Positions 55,096-59,308 of a stretch of 59,308 bases of DNA are shown piece by piece (the stretch's first letter is position 1; every line of letters begins with the position of its first letter). The stretch comes from a virus (taxonomy: Duplodnaviria; Caudoviricetes). The position numbers and the translations under genes were made by a program. The notes beneath the pieces were generated by a model that was given only the letters and a program-made list of their open reading frames with translations, had not been told where the DNA came from and did not search any database. The DNA is taken from positions 1 through 59,308 of the IMG/VR virus record IMGVR_UViG_3300030099_001381, one strand, 5' to 3'.

Positions 55096-56160
55096 ATGGC
55101 TACATTTAGTAATATAGGATTAAAATTAATAACTCAAGGTGATGAGGCAGGTACATGGGGTACAAGCACTAATACTAATTTAGATATTGTTGATGAATCT
55201 CTTCAATATAATTCTAAAAATTTTACATCTGATGCAAATCTAACAATAACAGTAGCAAATGGAACAACAGGTTCTTCAGGTTCTCCAAGTGGTCGTGAGC
55301 AAGTTTTAGAATTTACTGATACAGGAAATGTTCTTACAGCTAATAGAAGTATTATAATTCAACCATCTACACTTAAAAAAATGTGGTTAGTAAAAAATTC
55401 AACTGCACGAACTCTTACAATTAAAATGAGTAACGGAGATAGTGGTGTAAATATATTAGCAGGAAACGATGCTTTATTATATTCTAAAGGAACAGGTAAT
55501 ATGCAATCAAGTGTTGCAGGTTCTCCTGGTGTAAGTTCTTTAACAGGAACTAGCAATCAAGTAGCAGTATCTCAATCATCAGGTGCAGTTACTTTATCTT
55601 TGGATGATTCTCAAATAAGATTAGTAAATCAATCTGCTTTAACTACAGGAACAACAGTAAATAATATTTATAATGCAGTTAATTATAATAGATATAAATT
55701 TTCAGGTTCTGCACAAATAAGCGTTACAAGTGGTGGAAGTGGTAATATTCAAATACAACCTATATCTACAACAGGACAAACAGGCGTAGGAAATTATTAT
55801 AGTTCTGGTTTTTATACTGATGTCTCAGCAGGATCACCATCAACAGCTATTATTAATAATCAATTAGGTTCTAATTGGATAATACCTTTAGCTACGGCAG
55901 GTAGTAATAATCAAATAGATATTTGGTGGGAAATTAATTTAGTAAGAGATACAACCTATCAATCAACTTATGGATTTCCATATTATGGAACTGGTAAAGT
56001 TACATCTAGATCAGGGTTAAATGTTGATTCTGCAAGAATAGTAGATTTTAATATGGGTGCTGCGGCAAATGGTAGTTGGAATACATTTGGAGGTTTAAAG
56101 TTTACTACTCCTACAAATGTTAATTCAGGTCATTCTATATTTGAAGTTAGTAATTATTAG
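55096..56160 (+). CDS. Tail fibre / spike protein
   Basis: GDEAGTWGTSTNTNL N-terminal attachment motif, Ser/Thr/Gly-rich body. Confidence 0.7.
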   Translation: MATFSNIGLKLITQGDEAGTWGTSTNTNLDIVDESLQYNSKNFTSDANLTITVANGTTGSSGSPSGREQVLEFTDTGNVLTANRSIIIQPSTLKKMWLVKNSTARTLTIKMSNGDSGVNILAGNDALLYSKGTGNMQSSVAGSPGVSSLTGTSNQVAVSQSSGAVTLSLDDSQIRLVNQSALTTGTTVNNIYNAVNYNRYKFSGSAQISVTSGGSGNIQIQPISTTGQTGVGNYYSSGFYTDVSAGSPSTAIINNQLGSNWIIPLATAGSNNQIDIWWEINLVRDTTYQSTYGFPYYGTGKVTSRSGLNVDSARIVDFNMGAAANGSWNTFGGLKFTTPTNVNSGHSIFEVSNY

Positions 56161-56170
56161 GAATTAACAC

Positions 56171-56368
56171 ATGGCAAAAACAACTGTTACAGAATTAGAT
56201 AAAAAGTTAGCAGTAATGGAACAGCAGTTAAGAGACCATGTAACAGCTTGTGAAAAAACATCAGAAGAAACATTGCATAGAGTAAAAAGATTAGAATATT
56301 TTATAATAGCAACTTTGTTTTCAGTTATTAGTGGAACAATAGTTGTTGTAACAAGTTTAGTAGTATAG
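56171..56368 (+). CDS. Small coiled-coil plus TM protein (lysis region)
   Basis: HVTAC...RVKRLE then hydrophobic C-terminus. Confidence 0.55.
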   Translation: MAKTTVTELDKKLAVMEQQLRDHVTACEKTSEETLHRVKRLEYFIIATLFSVISGTIVVVTSLVV

Positions 56369-56377
56369 GAGAAAAAA

Positions 56378-56581
56378 ATGGATATTTTAAATAAAATAAA
56401 AGAGTCATTAAAATCAAATCTTAACACACTTAAAGAATGGGTAAGTTCGCCAGTATTTTTATCAATAGCTTCTTATATTTCTTTATTGATAGCGTTTTTT
56501 GCAGATAGTATTCTCTTACTTTTAATATCATTAGGTTTAGCAGGTTACTCTGTTTATCTTGCATTTAAATTTGAGGACTAA
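56378..56581 (+). CDS. Small two-TM membrane protein
   Basis: 67 aa with two hydrophobic segments. Confidence 0.55.
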   Translation: MDILNKIKESLKSNLNTLKEWVSSPVFLSIASYISLLIAFFADSILLLLISLGLAGYSVYLAFKFED

Positions 56582-56583
56582 TT

Positions 56584-57045
56584 ATGCTATCATTGCTGGG
56601 CTCTTTACTCGGATTCGGCACTTCTTTCTTGCCAAGCGTTTTAGGTTTTTTTGAAAAGAAAGCTAAATTTAAACAAGACCTACTTATGCTTGAGGCAAAA
56701 GCAAAATATGCTGAACAAATGTCTAAGTATAAAATTGAAGAACTAGACGCAGAAGCCGACATAGCCGAAGCAAAAGCTATCTATGCTCATGCAGAGCAAC
56801 TCTCTAAAAACAATTCTTCTAAATTTATTAGTGCTTTACAAGCGTCTGTACGACCAGTGATTACATATTGTATGTTTAGTGTGTTTTGTTTTGTTACAGT
56901 TTCACAAGTTATTGTTGGAGTGCAGGATGGTGACGAACCTTTAAGAGCAATTCAATCTGCATGGTCAGATGAATCGATGGCATTATTTAGTTGCATTATT
57001 AGTTTTTGGTTTGGGAATCGTGCCATGAAAAGGATGAAAAAATAA
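56584..57045 (+). CDS. Putative holin (3-TM, GTA-holin-like)
   Basis: SVRPVITY...FWFGNR motifs, basic C-terminus. Confidence 0.65.
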   Translation: MLSLLGSLLGFGTSFLPSVLGFFEKKAKFKQDLLMLEAKAKYAEQMSKYKIEELDAEADIAEAKAIYAHAEQLSKNNSSKFISALQASVRPVITYCMFSVFCFVTVSQVIVGVQDGDEPLRAIQSAWSDESMALFSCIISFWFGNRAMKRMKK

Positions 57046-59234
57046 TGCCTCTTCAAGACTTAACTCCACCAGCAGGTTTAAATAAAGTAGGTAGTCAATA
57101 CACTGCTAGAGGTCAGTGGTTTGATGCTAATCTTATTAGATTTTTTAATGGAGTTCCACAAAAATTAGGTGGATGGACTTCTTGGGTTAGTCTCCCAACA
57201 ACATCTTCTTCTAATAATAATATTCGTTCTATTTATCTTTATAGAGCTAGTGATAATACAAGATATACAGGAGTAGGAACTACTTCTAATTACACTATTA
57301 TAGAAGGAACTCTTCCTACAGATATAACGCCTGTTAATTCTCTTGTTTTAGGAAACAATCCTGTTGCTTGTGTTTCAGGAAATTCTTTCATTACTTTTAC
57401 TTGTACAGACCCTCATGGGTTAAAATCAGGAGACCTTGTACGAATATCAGGATTAACAGGAACAATAGGTGGTATAGATTTAACTACATATAATGCTGTA
57501 GCTACTAATTCATATGACACAAGAGTTGTTCTAGGAACACCAACTACGACAACATTTACCTTATCAAGCTCTACAGCTAATGCTACTGCAAGTGGAGGTG
57601 GCAATAATGTAACCATTGATGCATATTTATCTGTTGGTTCAAATGGTTATATTGCAGGTACAGGATGGGGAGCAAGTGATTGGGGTGGTTTAATTGATAA
57701 TACAGCTTGGGGAAGTACAACTTCTATAGATTATAAAAATCAATTAAGATTGTGGTCTGAAGATAATTTTGGTGATGATTTACTAATAAATCCTAGAGGA
57801 GGACCGATATATTATTGGGATAAATCAGCAGGAACAAGTCAAAGAGCAAAATTAATATCAACACAATCACAAACAATTAATCCTATTTCTTCTTTAGATA
57901 TAGCTTCTACTACATTAAATGGTAATTTAAGCAGGACTGCAACAACTATTAATGTTACATCAACTGATGGTTTCTATGAACAAAATGGATTTCTTATTGT
58001 TGGTGATGAAGTGATTGCTTATGCTAATTCATCAGCTACATCTTTTACAGGTTGTGTAAGAGCTAAAAACAACACTATTTCAAAAGCACATAACTCAGGT
58101 AGTTCAATAAAACAATATCAAGCTAATGCTCCTTATTTTTCTTTACAGGTAATGACAAGTGATCAAGATGGTCATTGCATATCTTTTGGTTGTAATCCTT
58201 ATTTACAAGATACAATTAATCCTATGCACATCAGGTGGTCAGCAAGTCAAAATGCTATGGATTGGACTCCTCGTGCTACTAACTCAGCAGGTGGTGTTGA
58301 TTTAAGCAGTGGTTCAGAAATAATAGGTGCTTTATCTGCAAGGCAAGAAATACTTATATGGACTGATACATCTCTTTATTCTATGAAGTTTATAGGAGGA
58401 GATTTAGTATTTTCTTTTGATGAAGTTCAAGATGGAATTACAATGATATCTCCAAAGGCTTGTGCTAATGCAGGTGCTAATACATACTTTATGGGAGAAA
58501 GAGGATTCTATAAATATTCAGGTGCTATAGAGCCCATACCTTGCCCTGTAGAGAATTATATATTTGATGACATAGATGTAAGTGAACAACAAAAAGTATT
58601 CGCTGTGTCTAATCCTAGGTACAATGAGGTATGGTGGTTTTATCCTAGTAATGAAATGAATGAACTATATGCAGGAAGTTTAACTGCTAATGTAGACCTT
58701 GTTTCTTCAGCAAATTCTAGTGATCCAACAAGATGTGTAATTTATAATTATGTAGAAAATACATGGACTCTTAATAATATGTGGAGATCAGCAGGTGCAA
58801 CAGCATATGAAGAAGATTATATGTTATTAGGTCAGCAATTTAATTCAGCTAATAGTTTCTTAGTAAGACAAGATGATGGAGATAGAGCTAATAGTTTATC
58901 TGCTGATGCTACAGGAAATAACTTTACTTCTCATTTAGAAAGTGGAGATATATCTATAGGTGATGGACAAGACTTTGTAGGTGTTTCATCTATAATACAT
59001 GATGTAGAATTAACAGGAACTATTTCTGATTTAACTAATAAAGTGTTTATTAGAAATTATCCATCCGAGTCACCTACATTATCATCAAGCAATACTGTAA
59101 CATCAAACACTACTAAAACTGATTTAAGAGCTAGAGGTAGAGCTACTATTTTAAGGTATGAACATGATGATCAAGATGCTAGTTTTAGACTATTTGGTAT
59201 AAGAATGAATGTTTATCCTGATGGGAGAAGGTAA
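57045..59234 (+). CDS. Tail nozzle / DNA stabilisation protein (P22 gp10-like)
   Basis: Likely start MPL at 57045 (TAATG coupling); IRWS, ILIWTD, EVWWFYP, YNY...W; ends PDGRR. Confidence 0.8.
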   Translation: MPLQDLTPPAGLNKVGSQYTARGQWFDANLIRFFNGVPQKLGGWTSWVSLPTTSSSNNNIRSIYLYRASDNTRYTGVGTTSNYTIIEGTLPTDITPVNSLVLGNNPVACVSGNSFITFTCTDPHGLKSGDLVRISGLTGTIGGIDLTTYNAVATNSYDTRVVLGTPTTTTFTLSSSTANATASGGGNNVTIDAYLSVGSNGYIAGTGWGASDWGGLIDNTAWGSTTSIDYKNQLRLWSEDNFGDDLLINPRGGPIYYWDKSAGTSQRAKLISTQSQTINPISSLDIASTTLNGNLSRTATTINVTSTDGFYEQNGFLIVGDEVIAYANSSATSFTGCVRAKNNTISKAHNSGSSIKQYQANAPYFSLQVMTSDQDGHCISFGCNPYLQDTINPMHIRWSASQNAMDWTPRATNSAGGVDLSSGSEIIGALSARQEILIWTDTSLYSMKFIGGDLVFSFDEVQDGITMISPKACANAGANTYFMGERGFYKYSGAIEPIPCPVENYIFDDIDVSEQQKVFAVSNPRYNEVWWFYPSNEMNELYAGSLTANVDLVSSANSSDPTRCVIYNYVENTWTLNNMWRSAGATAYEEDYMLLGQQFNSANSFLVRQDDGDRANSLSADATGNNFTSHLESGDISIGDGQDFVGVSSIIHDVELTGTISDLTNKVFIRNYPSESPTLSSSNTVTSNTTKTDLRARGRATILRYEHDDQDASFRLFGIRMNVYPDGRR

Positions 59235-59307
59235 TGGCTAGACAACCTTTAAGACCTGCCCAAATAGAATATAACTCTATAGATGAGAATTTATTTCGTG
59301 AACAAGT
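59210..59307. repeat. Terminal overlap with 1-98
   Basis: Identical sequence; final base 59308 (G) differs from position 99 (A). Confidence 0.95.
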
Positions 59308-59308
59308 G

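Noticed and set aside
4390-57616. Short overlapping or antisense ORFs in the track (e.g. 4390-4578, 7856-8128, 9185-9457, 16297-16500, 22241-22528, 25666-25887, 42386-42706, 57413-57616)
   Set aside because: Most lie within or opposite well-supported genes; they lack RBSs and look like shadow or chance frames.
1-59308. Alternative genetic code or tRNA genes
   Set aside because: Genes are intact and densely packed under the standard code with all three stops in use; no cloverleaf recognised.

Overview
This window appears to be the complete, circularly assembled genome (about 59.2 kb; bases 1-98 recur at 59210-59307) of an AT-rich dsDNA tailed phage with a podovirus-like layout. A rightward late/structural arm runs from about 31.0 kb through the contig join to 14.1 kb (TerS, TerL, portal, GroES, scaffold, major capsid, adaptors, four paralogous fibre proteins, holin-like genes, nozzle, ejection proteins and a 2815-aa polyvalent protein). 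A mostly leftward early/replication arm occupies 14.1-30.9 kb (DNA methyltransferase, SSB, Sak-like annealing protein, Cas4-like nuclease, primase-helicase, AAA/VWA module). I found no recognisable DNA polymerase, integrase, repressor, tRNA or endolysin. Three non-coding systems stand out. (1) A hammerhead ribozyme in the leader of the early operon (30442-30613, minus strand) has binding arms complementary to five identical intergenic 12-mers (AUCGUC/UAGGUA) 0.7-7.5 kb downstream, none with a local catalytic core; this suggests a ribozyme that processes the polycistronic early mRNA at long range or in trans. (2) A TIGR-Tas-like RNA-guided locus comprises a nuclease-less Nop/IS110-fold protein, an 8-unit dual-repeat array with ~34-nt period and a terminator. 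(3) A 14-bp palindrome, ATTCYCTAGRGAAT, is present at least 11 times genome-wide. All protein calls come from motif recognition by eye; no database searches were run.
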